This document shows positions 51,288 through 60,226 of a stretch of DNA of 64,000 nucleotides, in pieces. Position 1 is the first letter of the stretch, and the number at the start of each line of letters is the position of its first letter. The DNA is from a virus (lineage: Duplodnaviria; Heunggongvirae; Uroviricota; Caudoviricetes): the IMG/VR virus record IMGVR_UViG_3300025018_003790. One strand, written 5' to 3'. The position numbers and the translations under genes were made by a program. The notes under the pieces were generated by a model. The model ran no database searches and had not been told where the DNA came from. It saw only the letters and a program-made list of their open reading frames with translations.

Positions 51288-51613
51288 CTATAAGTTCTTT
51301 CTCCTTGAAGGTGTAATACCATTGATCATAGATTCTTTGGAATTCTTCAATCTCAGGAAGTTCATCTTCGGCAAATGGCAACGGATGCGGAAAGACCGAT
51401 CCGTTATCAAGTTCGAATTCAGTTGTTGTAAGTCTAACAACAGTATGCTTTGTAATCATTTTGTCCATACCTTCCTATTCGCAGTTTTCTAACAGATTCC
51501 TGCATATTTTTAAGATTTCCTGAGATTTATTTTGAGGACAGATTTTGCAATGCTCGTTAGAGCATCTTATTTACCCATATATCCATAGATTTCCGCAGAT
51601 TTAGTGCCAACTG

Positions 51614-51877
51614 TTATCTACCCTTTTGGAGCGCAATCAAAGATCCTGCTATTTCTTCATAAACAACACCCAATCTTGTGTTTCCTAAAAGAAACTTTTG
51701 GGATAAAACCATAGCCATATGTTTATCGTCGATATTAAGACCTTTTGCTTTAAGTAATTCTTGGAATTTTACCCTAATTTGATACAAATCATGCCTATTT
51801 TCAGATAAAAACTTCAAAACATCTTTCACCCCCTGGCCCTCTTCCTCTGACATGGCTCTAGACCTTCCTGAAATCAA
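51614..51877 (-). CDS. hypothetical protein (stop codon supplied by the IS left-end sequence)
   Basis: ORF track; TAA at 51614-51616 lies inside the conserved IS terminal block. Confidence 0.4.
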   Translation of the reverse strand: MISGRSRAMSEEEGQGVKDVLKFLSENRHDLYQIRVKFQELLKAKGLNIDDKHMAMVLSQKFLLGNTRLGVVYEEIAGSLIALQKGR

Positions 51878-52288
51878 TTCACAATTGAAATTTCAGAATT
51901 CGAGTACCCAGACCAAAAAGATCTAGATTGAAGAGTTTGAATAGCCCTTGCTGAAAGTAAAGAAATGATCAAGATCAAAATTACCTTTTTCATTTCTTTT
52001 TCTCCGATTCAATCTTTTCTTTCAATGAACCTAATGCCAATGGGATTGTGCCTCTTTTTTCAGAGTTAAAATCTACACCAAAAATAGTATGTTTGAAAGC
52101 TTCAAAACTATCACCATCTTTAGTGATTTCAATTAAATATCCTTCGGATCTTGTTGGTCTGCAAATAAAAGAGTTTCCATCATCTGATGACGAAACATTA
52201 AATTCTTCACCTAAAAACCCCCTGACTAATTCACTGATCTGTTCACATTGTCCCATGTCTTAACTCCTTTTGTGGTTTTTTCGAAACA

Positions 52289-52362
52289 TAGCCAAGGAGA
52301 GACTCGAACTCTCAATAACACGGTTCTTGGCCATGCTCCTCTACCAATTGGGATACTTGGCC
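52289..52362 (-). tRNA. tRNA-like gene, anticodon loop CCAAGAA (nominal anticodon AAG, Leu) with C33; possibly aberrant
   Basis: 74 nt: acceptor GGCCAAG/CTTGGCT (G1-U72), D-arm with GG, anticodon stem CATGG/CCGTG, short variable loop, T-arm GAGAG-TTCGAGT-CTCTC, discriminator A, no encoded CCA. Confidence 0.5.
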
Positions 52363-52370
52363 ATCAGACA

Positions 52371-52889
52371 TTATTCAACTATCCTTAAAAAGTAAATCAC
52401 ATGCATCTCATCAAAATTTTCACTTTTGAAACCAATCACTTCAAAACCATCATCAACAACATTTTGAATTGCTTCTTGTAATGAAAAATCTGAATATCTA
52501 AAAGTCTTTGTTGCAACTTCTTTTTTGATTCCAGCTAATTTTTCGAATTCTTTAACCGTTTTGAAAATTAGACCCATTCGTTTTTTCAAATTTTTAAACA
52601 ATTCTTCAGGGTCTCTTTTCGGTGGATAGGTTTTGATGGGCGGCAATGTTTCACAACAAAGACAAGCAATGTATCCACTCCATTCTTCGTGACTCTCCCA
52701 TTCATCGGAAACAACAATCGCAAAATCTTTCTTTTCTGCGGGTTGAAATTCAACCCTAAATCTTCCAGAACTTTCCAAAAAACTCTCAACAAAATCTTTT
52801 GGCTTAACTACAACCCAAGAATAACCTGGGAAAACTTTGGAAATAGCAGCTAAAAGTTCTTCTATCGCTTTCTCCTTTAGCGACATCAT
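52371..52889 (-). CDS. hypothetical protein
   Basis: ORF track, 172 aa. Confidence 0.45.
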   Translation of the reverse strand: MMSLKEKAIEELLAAISKVFPGYSWVVVKPKDFVESFLESSGRFRVEFQPAEKKDFAIVVSDEWESHEEWSGYIACLCCETLPPIKTYPPKRDPEELFKNLKKRMGLIFKTVKEFEKLAGIKKEVATKTFRYSDFSLQEAIQNVVDDGFEVIGFKSENFDEMHVIYFLRIVE

Positions 52890-53018
52890 TGCGCCTCCTT
52901 TAGATCACTTTTTATTTCATCATTCTCCCGTGAATCTTTAAGTTCCCATTCCATCCCAGGAAATTCTTTTTTGATAGCTTCCATTATTTCTTTTTGTTCA
53001 TCCGTCAAAGTTTGGTTC

Positions 53019-53453
53019 TCACTCATAAATCACCTCCGAAACATCGGTCGTGATTTTGATTTCTTCATTAGGAATTACCATAAAACGAAATTGTTTCAGA
53101 CGATTTGCCCATTCTTCAGGAACCTTTGAATATTTGTTAAAAACGGTTTCATCAACATCAGAGACACGAACAATTTCATTGTTTCCAAACAAAGTATCTA
53201 ATTGGGCACGGATTTCTTTAAGAGATTTATCAGACAAGATGTATTTGTACAAACTCCCATCCGGCCAAGAATAGCAAGGGAGATGTTCAATTCCTGCTTC
53301 TTCTAAAACTGTTCTTACGATTTCTTTTGCGTCTGAAAGTGCCTTCTGTTCTTTTTCGCTTGGTTCTATCCCACCATGAGGCTCTTGATAATAAAAAGCA
53401 ATAGTAAACGAAAGATATTTTTTCCCACAGACATCCGGTGTTGCTTGGCCCAT
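53019..53453 (-). CDS. hypothetical protein
   Basis: ORF track, 144 aa. Confidence 0.45.
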   Translation of the reverse strand: MGQATPDVCGKKYLSFTIAFYYQEPHGGIEPSEKEQKALSDAKEIVRTVLEEAGIEHLPCYSWPDGSLYKYILSDKSLKEIRAQLDTLFGNNEIVRVSDVDETVFNKYSKVPEEWANRLKQFRFMVIPNEEIKITTDVSEVIYE

Positions 53454-53455
53454 TT

Positions 53456-53860
53456 TCAGTCCTTTCTCTCAATCCCAAGAAGTTTTAGATCTTCTGGGGA
53501 CAAACCTGCAAGCAATTTCTTTTTTTTGAAATCATCTAAAGAATAACTTGTTTGCGCCAAAATTGATTGAGAAATTTCAGGTGGGGTTATATCTGCTTCC
53601 CAATCCATAATCTCTTTCCCTGCGAACCAAGCTTTTCTCCAAACACCACCATATTCACTCAGACCATCAAGAACAATAACCACACCAGGAAGTTTTTCTG
53701 AAACCTTCGCAATATTCTCATAATCCCATGATTTTGTGTTCCCAACTCCGGGGCAATCTGTCATTTTGAAAAACAATTCCTCAACTTCTTTTGTTGCTTC
53801 TGTCGGGACAACAGTTAAGGTGTGCTTAGTGTAATCGCCCACGGGTTTTCTCCTGCTCAT
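53456..53860 (-). CDS. hypothetical protein; start codon overlaps tRNA-Glu discriminator base
   Basis: The ATG is formed by the tRNA discriminator A plus TG. The longer ORF-track version (TTG at 54067) is the reverse complement of tRNA-Glu and a GC-rich leader, so it is rejected. Confidence 0.45.
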   Translation of the reverse strand: MSRRKPVGDYTKHTLTVVPTEATKEVEELFFKMTDCPGVGNTKSWDYENIAKVSEKLPGVVIVLDGLSEYGGVWRKAWFAGKEIMDWEADITPPEISQSILAQTSYSLDDFKKKKLLAGLSPEDLKLLGIERKD

Positions 53861-53931
53861 AGCCCTGGGGGGAATTGAACCCCTCGTTTTAGCCTTGAAA
53901 GGGCTGCGTTCTACCATTGAACTACAGGGCC
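53860..53931 (-). tRNA. tRNA-Glu(TTC)
   Basis: 72 nt: acceptor GGCCCTG/CAGGGCT (G1-U72), D-arm GTTC-AATGGTA-GAAC, anticodon loop CTTTCAA, T-arm GGGG-TTCAATT-CCCC, discriminator A; coordinates anchored to the ORF track (+/-1). Confidence 0.8.
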
Positions 53932-54029
53932 TAACCGGGGAGCACCTCACCCCACTGTGTAACAGGCGCATCGCCCAACTCATGCATGGGGGAGTTTCCC
54001 CTCGGCCCGATCTGGTGCCTGCCCGTGGC

Positions 54030-54150
54030 GGGGCTGAGACAACCCCAGCCCCGCCACGGAGGCTCAACAGGTATGGTAGACCAACCCGGCCGCCAAGTCA
54101 ACAACGAGCCCTCGGGCTCGTTGGGTGTCTTTATTATACCACGAGTTTTT
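54030..54150 (-). promoter_or_regulatory. GC-rich leader with tandem promoters and two perfect hairpins upstream of tRNA-Glu
   Basis: Minus strand: CGTGGTATAAT, hairpin AACGAGCCC-gag-GGCTCGTT, TTGACT-N17-TACCAT, then 12-bp perfect stem GTGGCGGGGCTG/CAGCCCCGCCAC, then about 95 nt to the tRNA. Confidence 0.45.
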
Positions 54151-54763
54151 TGCTCAATTCCAAGAATTCAAAAGTAGAGTCTTAATTTAACGCTGCGGAT
54201 TAAATCTTTTCCCCAAATTCTGTAATCCTCCATTTCTTTTCCCCTACTTTCCCTTTCGGATAAATCATCTTTTTCCTTGACATATTAGCAATGACCTGAT
54301 TCTTTTGTGATTTTGTTAATTTAAAAATAAGATATTTTGTGGGAATCCTCTTCGCCAATCATTCTTTCGGCAAGAAATACAGCTTCTTCTATTTCATCTT
54401 CATCACTTCTGTAACCGTTCATCTCCCCTATTGTTTTTTGAATATAAACATCTTTTTCAGATTTAATATTCTTGATTCTAGAATAAAAACCTAAAAGTCT
54501 TAATGTCTCAAAGAAACAAAAAATAATCTTCATCCCCACATCAAAATATGAAAAGGCTGTAATTAAAATAACAAAAGTTGAAATAAACAAAACTTTGTTC
54601 ATTTTTATTTGTTTATCTTTTGCTTTTAAATTCATTCATTTTGATTTTAATTCTTTTATTTCTCTGAAGTATTTTAGTTCAATAAAAGCTAAAAAGAAAT
54701 AAATTGCAGAAATTATCCACCAAGCGAATGGAATCATATCTTTTTCTCCTGGGTTTGATTAGT

Positions 54764-55639
54764 TCAAGTGTTCACAATCTCGAACCAAAACTGTTCTCTA
54801 TCAAGGTCAGCGAGAACGAAATTGTTTTCATTTTCGTTGGGAATTGATGTAAATCCGTTTTTCATTCTGGTTGGTGTTGCTTTGACCCAAACGCCAAACT
54901 CAGGGTAAAGCGAAAGAACAGCAGATAATGGATCGTGAAATGCTTTTTGGTCTCTTTGATCTAGATAAATTGACATTCCTTCCCGAATCAATTCTCCCCC
55001 TATACTTTTTGTATTTGAGGCTAAAACTCGTTCATGAATTTGTTTGTTGTAAACAACTGTATGACAAATATTCTTCCCTACAAATCTTCTTTCAGAGAAA
55101 TTGGATAGCAACAACATTTCAAGTCCAGAGGGGCACCCCATCATGTTGAAGGTTGGGAAAAACTCATGCCCCTCAAATTTTTCTAATCTTTGTTTTGGAG
55201 AAAACTTTGAGTAGGGCAGAAATCCACCCTGCATCAAAAGCTTCCCAAGTTGATGTGTTTGATTGAGGGCTATTTCACCAGAAGCAATAGCCGGACCAAT
55301 GACGAACCAATTATCTTCTTCAGAAATTTCTATTTTATCTTCGTCAGCTTCCAACTCAAAAGGAGCATTATGTCTGGTCAAAACTTTCTGATGAAAACCA
55401 TGGGAATAATCTTTTCGATCACTTGATTTCCCTGGTTTGCTTGAAAAGATTGGGAAGTCTTGTTCAAACTTGTCCCTCAAAAATTTAGCAATGGCTATTT
55501 GTGTTGAGTATCCCGGCGTGATAAACCAAGCTTTGAATTTAATCCCCTTTGATTGAAGATAGCACAAAGCAAAAAAATCATCTGGGTCTCCACCAAGATC
55601 AGTCTCAATTATCATTTTTAATCCTTCGACCATTGCCAT
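54764..55639 (-). CDS. nucleoside hydrolase (IU-NH family)-like protein
   Basis: N-terminal IIETDLGGDPDDFFAL matches the DxDxxxDD Ca-binding signature of inosine-uridine nucleoside hydrolases. Confidence 0.5.
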   Translation of the reverse strand: MAMVEGLKMIIETDLGGDPDDFFALCYLQSKGIKFKAWFITPGYSTQIAIAKFLRDKFEQDFPIFSSKPGKSSDRKDYSHGFHQKVLTRHNAPFELEADEDKIEISEEDNWFVIGPAIASGEIALNQTHQLGKLLMQGGFLPYSKFSPKQRLEKFEGHEFFPTFNMMGCPSGLEMLLLSNFSERRFVGKNICHTVVYNKQIHERVLASNTKSIGGELIREGMSIYLDQRDQKAFHDPLSAVLSLYPEFGVWVKATPTRMKNGFTSIPNENENNFVLADLDREQFWFEIVNT

Positions 55640-55686
55640 TCTTCTTCATCATCTTCATCACGGCCCGCCTTCCTCAACAAAAACAA

Positions 55687-55771
55687 CGGAGAGCAGAGGA
55701 CTCGAACCTCAACCACTTCCATGATCCAACCGATTAGCAATCGGTGCCCAAACCTCTTGGGTTTACTCTCC
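55687..55771 (-). tRNA. tRNA-Ser(GCT), type II
   Basis: 85 nt: acceptor GGAGAGT/GCTCTCC, anticodon arm ACCGA-TTGCTAA-TCGGT, 17-nt variable arm, T-loop TTCGAGT, discriminator G. Confidence 0.85.
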
Positions 55772-55785
55772 TCATTTTCCTAAAA

Positions 55786-56307
55786 TCAATCCCCGATAAT
55801 TTCACGAGCAAATTTGGCGAACCAATCTCTTCGTTCGAAAAGACCTTTAAGTTGACCACCGACAACCGAAATCTCCCTCGAAATGATTTTACGAACAATT
55901 TCTGAAGGTTCTCCTGACGCCAAATTCTTTTTGGGAATTTTGAATTGGAATTTGATGGGACGTTCTATTTCCTTCTTCTTGCCCTTCTTTCCATTCTTCT
56001 TCTTCTTTTTGATCTTCTTCTTTTTATTTTCAGCAAGAAGTCGCTGAATTGCAATTGACGCCCCGTCCTTTGTGTCAAATTCATCCAAATCAGCACAAAT
56101 CGCAAATCCAACTCTGAAATAATCCCCACAATCAAGAATTGCGGCCGTTAAACCGCCAGTTTCTTCGAACTCACCCCGAGGGGTTGAACGAAGAAGAGTG
56201 AGAAGCTTAACCTTTGCTGGGTCAGCTTCTACATTTGAAGCAGCCTTCGTTTTCATCTCGCTCATGTCGATCCCTTCTTTTGTCTCGGATTGGTTTAGTC
56301 GGTTCAA
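55786..56307 (-). CDS. hypothetical protein with poly-Lys tract
   Basis: KKKKIKKKKKNGKKGKKKE; ORF track. Confidence 0.45.
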   Translation of the reverse strand: MNRLNQSETKEGIDMSEMKTKAASNVEADPAKVKLLTLLRSTPRGEFEETGGLTAAILDCGDYFRVGFAICADLDEFDTKDGASIAIQRLLAENKKKKIKKKKKNGKKGKKKEIERPIKFQFKIPKKNLASGEPSEIVRKIISREISVVGGQLKGLFERRDWFAKFAREIIGD

Positions 56308-57103
56308 TTTGTTCTAAAATTAGCAAACGGATCAGTCTCTTTTTTCCATTCAATTCCACGAAATCCTCTGCCGTCAGCATACCAATCAATTCCACCAAAT
56401 TCAAAAGAAATACTTCCATAATATTCACACAAACAATCTACAATTGAAGCCAAAAAACGACAAAGGCTTGAGGCTTTCGAAGCTGCTTTTTTGAATTCCT
56501 TTTTCAATTGTCCAACTGTTGTAAACCAAACTTTAGATCCCTCTCCTGGGAAACTACAACCAGTGACTCTTATCTTGTAATCATCTGGCAAACAAAATTC
56601 TGTCGGCAAACGCTCTCCTGATTTGTAATAGCTCCTCAAAACGATTGGCCCTTTCGTTCCCACGACAGACTCCTTTCGTTAGCCGCCAACCCTTCAAAAC
56701 TCATTCAAAAAATCAAGAGGTTCAATATCAATTGGATTTCTTCTAAAAGTCATACCTTTGTTTTCTAGATCTAAATTAATTCCAGTAAATTCCACCAATT
56801 CAAAACGAAGTCTATGTTTCGGATCTGGGACAAAACATGAAGAAACAGCTTTTTTAGGGGATCCATCTCCTTCTTCAAAAAAAGAAGTAACCAACCATCC
56901 ATTTGGCATTGGAATAAATTCATAACTTGGATCCCCATTAAAAACAACTCTATCAAAAATAACTGTTTGAGCATTTTGATTGTTTTTCAAATGTCGAAGA
57001 GGAAAAACACCACCTAACTTTTTCTTCTTTCTAATCCAATATTGAATCGAAAACTTCAAATCACGAAAGCAGTTCCAATCCCACGGCCATTTCCATCGAA
57101 TTT

Positions 57104-57394
57104 TCATCGACCCACTCCCCACTCTTCTTCTAATATCTTATTGGAATAATCTATTGTTTTTTGATCTAAATCTGCAAGGGTTTTGTTCCTTTGAACCCGA
57201 TCTTCTTCTGATTTAGAAATTAAATAAGCTAAAGATAATTCATCTTCGTGATAAATAAATTCGTTTTTAGCAAATTTATCTCTGGCCTTTTGAGTTAAAT
57301 CGGAAGTTTCTTGTTTCTTATGCCCAAAAATCTCTACTAGAAACCTTTCGGTGATAGACCAAAAGGTTTCTTCCATCTGATCTATTCCCCTCAT
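57104..57394 (-). CDS. hypothetical protein (shortened from ORF-track call)
   Basis: The N-terminal 75 codons of the ORF-track version are antisense to tRNA-Ser(CGA) and a GC-rich spacer; the first plausible Met is at 57392-57394. Confidence 0.35.
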   Translation of the reverse strand: MRGIDQMEETFWSITERFLVEIFGHKKQETSDLTQKARDKFAKNEFIYHEDELSLAYLISKSEEDRVQRNKTLADLDQKTIDYSNKILEEEWGVGR

Positions 57395-57434
57395 CTCAAT
57401 TCCTTCCTTGCTGCCACACAGGCCGCACAAACAC

Positions 57435-57446
57435 AGTATACCACAA
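57435..57446 (-). promoter_or_regulatory. extended -10 promoter TTGTGGTATACT in GC-rich spacer 57400-57525
   Basis: Same TTGTGGTATA(A/C)T core as sites 21317 and about 54140. Confidence 0.4.
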
Positions 57447-57525
57447 GGCCGACAGAGCCCGCAATAGCAGACCTGTGGCGTTGCTGTGGCAAGGTGTGAG
57501 GGCTCGGAGTGTGGGGGGGCGAGAA

Positions 57526-57610
57526 CGGAAGGGGTGAGACTCGAACTCACAAGGGCTTTGCCACCCCACTTGTTTTCGAAACAAACTCCTGATCCAGCCG
57601 GATCCCTTCC
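57526..57610 (-). tRNA. tRNA-Ser(CGA), type II
   Basis: 85 nt: acceptor GGAAGGG/CCCTTCC perfect, anticodon arm TTTGT-TTCGAAA-ACAAG, long variable arm, T-arm GTGAG-TTCGAGT-CTCAC, discriminator G. Confidence 0.8.
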
Positions 57611-57729
57611 TGGGAGCAAACTTTCAATCTTTAATCATTCATAGATTACTTTTAATTTAGCCATTAAATGCGGATCATTTTGATCTTCTATATCCATTCG
57701 GAGTCTCACTTTCCTGGGTTTTCAAAACA

Positions 57730-57802
57730 AGCCGGTGATTGGGGTTGAACCAACGACCTGCGGGTTACAAATCCGCTGCTCTACCAACTGAGCTACACCG
57801 GC
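57730..57802 (-). tRNA. tRNA-Thr(TGT)
   Basis: 73 nt: acceptor GCCGGTG/CACCGGC, D-arm GCTC-AGTTGGTA-GAGC, anticodon loop TTTGTAA, T-arm GTTGG-TTCAACC-CCAAT, discriminator T. Confidence 0.8.
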
Positions 57803-58402
57803 ATTTTCGACACACTTTCATTTTTTCTAAACTAAATCCTACAATTATCTGAAATCTAAAAAATCAAACAAAGATAAAATTTCATCTTTTCTATAAAACT
57901 TTTCTGCCGAACTAACAATATCTTGAATTATTTTATCCCCAAACCTTGGATAACTAGGTCTAATTTCTTCCGCATCCCAAAATAAATCTGTGCTTAAAGA
58001 AATCATTAAATAAACAACTTGTTCGTCTCTCTCATCAAAGCAAATGTTCAAATGAATCTCACTGTTTAGTTTTGAAATCAAAACATTATTTTTTCTATTC
58101 CAAATAAGTTCTGACATTTTTTTATTTTCAAAATTTTTAAGATTGATCAATTTTCATGCCCAACTCAAACCTGGGCCATCATGCAAAGAGTTATACAAAT
58201 TGTCAATTAACAGTTCCCACTCCGCCCCACTATAACCGCAATGTGTATGCAAATTTCCAATCCTTATCGTCAAACTATTACCGCCAAGATCTTCTTCAAT
58301 TGAAACAATCGCACCATTTTCGTTAATTATCTCAACAATCTTTTTGAGGCACTCTTCGCATTTCTCTGCGGTTGTCATTGCTTCCTCACTTTTAAATCAA
58401 AA

Positions 58403-58486
58403 CGGTAGACCTGGGACTCGAACCCAGAAGGGCTATTAACCCCACCGCTTTTCAAGAGCGGCCCCTGATCCAGCCGGTTGCCTACC
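58403..58486 (-). tRNA. tRNA-Ser(TGA), type II
   Basis: 84 nt: acceptor GGTAGGC/GTCTACC, anticodon arm CCGCT-CTTGAAA-AGCGG, long variable arm, T-arm CTGGG-TTCGAGT-CCCAG, discriminator G. Confidence 0.85.
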
Positions 58487-58607
58487 AAGAACAGACCAAT
58501 CAATCTTTAATTTTTCTCTTTGTCGTCCCTCTCATTTAGCAATCTAACAAGAGCCTGTGCTGCTTTTTTCCCGCCAAAGGTTTTGCCCTCCATGTTTTAC
58601 TCCTCTT

Positions 58608-59015
58608 TCAAAGCACAACCATCGGGAAACCGACTCCACACCAATGAGCGATCCACAAGAACGGGGCAACCAAAATAACACTTTCCAAAGTTAGAACCCC
58701 ACCAACACAATCTACAAAAAATGGAATGTTCTTCCCGACTATCACATTCAAACAATAATTAAATGAAGCACCCCCTAAAATAAAAATAAAAAGAAGAAGC
58801 AAAGAGCAACAACAGCAACAAAACGCTAATGATTTATCGCTCTCCTGTTTTTCTTTTATTTCTCTTTCCTCCCTCTTTTTGTTCATCTCCTCAATAATTT
58901 CTTTTCCACTTCTTTTCTTTTTTTTGGGCATTTTGTCGGTGTCAAAAAGATTAAGATTTAGTTTCCCATCCCTTGGTGTGAGCCCCATCACTCTCTCCTT
59001 GTCCTCACAAATCAA
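58608..59015 (-). CDS. small Cys-rich membrane protein, paralog 1
   Basis: CCCCCS + TM helix + conserved C-terminus ...VGKNIPFFVDCVGGVLT...VAPFLWIAHWCGVGFPMVVL, shared with 60227..60562. Confidence 0.45.
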   Translation of the reverse strand: MICEDKERVMGLTPRDGKLNLNLFDTDKMPKKKKRSGKEIIEEMNKKREEREIKEKQESDKSLAFCCCCCSLLLLFIFILGGASFNYCLNVIVGKNIPFFVDCVGGVLTLESVILVAPFLWIAHWCGVGFPMVVL

Positions 59016-59373
59016 GGACTTGTCCTAATTCTTTGATTGCTTTGTTTTTTAATTCTGTCCTTAAATCTTCTCCTTGTTCTAAAAATTCAGTTAAACTCTT
59101 TGTTGCTGAATTGATATATTCTTGAACAACAGGATTATTCCATTCAATATCAGATGTAGTTATTTCGCAGTTAATAATAATTGTTTTATAGCCATTCTCT
59201 TGTCGAAACTTTTTCAATTGAATTGAATATGGATCGGTTTCTTTAAATGAAACTAAGATTTCTCTATTTTCTTTTTCGATATAAGCTCTATATACGATAA
59301 GTTTCAAAGAGTCCTTATAAACATACCATTTACCGTGTTTGCTCATTTTGTCCCTTCTTTCGGTTTCAGGGTT

Positions 59374-60114
59374 TTACCTAAGAAAGTAATGCCATTCTTC
59401 AGTTGTTTTGTTGATCCCATCAGATTCAACAGTTGGTCCTTTATCATTTTCGATTGAAATTCCTAGATAATCTTCATAAATAGAAAAGATATTTGCATCA
59501 AATTTTCTGCAAAGCTTATGAAGTCCTTGAAGGAATTTTTTCATTTTCTTTGACATTTTCGGCGGTTCCACAAAATTCTCGGCAACTTCACTTAAATAAT
59601 CATTTGTTTCTTGATAATGAGCTTTTGCAAAAATTCTCAATTCATCAACTGTTGGGATAGACCCACCTTCAATTGCAACAACTCTTCCAGAAGTCAAACC
59701 TGCAATTTGATTGGTTTTAAGAGCGTGATTAATTCTTGTTTTTTGAATTGCATGACCATAATTCCTATAAAAAAATACTTTTTCTCTTTCTTGAAATGCA
59801 CGGTAAGAAGGATCAGTTAAAGACATAAAAGATCCAGCCTCAAGATCGATATCAAACTCTTCCCAATGAAGAACTCCACCATCTAATTGAATCTCAAATT
59901 TTTTGATTTGATCTTCGGTTAAATCTTTAAGTGCCGGAATTTCTAAAACGTGGACATTAAATGTTTTTCCGCTTTTCATAATAACCGTCAGAAATCCATC
60001 CTTAAAACAAGCATCCTGAATGATGAAGTCTTTCCTCGACATGATGGCTATCTCTCCCTTTCTTTCCTGACTCAAACCTTCAAATTTGTCAAATACTCCT
60101 GAATTAAATAACAA
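59374..60114 (-). CDS. hypothetical protein
   Basis: ORF track, 246 aa. Confidence 0.45.
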   Translation of the reverse strand: MLFNSGVFDKFEGLSQERKGEIAIMSRKDFIIQDACFKDGFLTVIMKSGKTFNVHVLEIPALKDLTEDQIKKFEIQLDGGVLHWEEFDIDLEAGSFMSLTDPSYRAFQEREKVFFYRNYGHAIQKTRINHALKTNQIAGLTSGRVVAIEGGSIPTVDELRIFAKAHYQETNDYLSEVAENFVEPPKMSKKMKKFLQGLHKLCRKFDANIFSIYEDYLGISIENDKGPTVESDGINKTTEEWHYFLR

Positions 60115-60226
60115 TAAGTCTCAATATCCCCCGACGCACAACCAACACTTTTTGGATTCTCCATACCAACTGATCTTCGAAGGAAAACAACTTCTTCCAT
60201 TGTGGTTCAACATTCCTCTAACACAA

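Larger units (their letters stand above)
47616..51623 (-). mobile_element. IS607-family element with cargo: tnpA - SF2 helicase-like - acidic orf - tnpB
   Basis: Ends defined by comparison with the 19684..21087 copy (right end from 47616, left-end block 51581-51617); all four genes are translationally coupled. Confidence 0.7.

Noticed and set aside
53456-54067. Full-length ORF-track call (203 aa) and plus-strand ORFs 53895..54185 and 53986..54177
   Set aside because: The N-terminal 69 codons of the minus-strand ORF and both plus-strand ORFs are sense or antisense readings of tRNA-Glu and its GC-rich promoter/hairpin leader, and GC-rich sequence produces long spurious ORFs.
57104-57619. 171-aa ORF starting at TTG 57619
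   Set aside because: Its first about 75 codons are the reverse complement of tRNA-Ser(CGA) plus a GC-rich spacer (CYCGLCRPCG... from TGTG repeats). It is kept only from the internal ATG at 57394.
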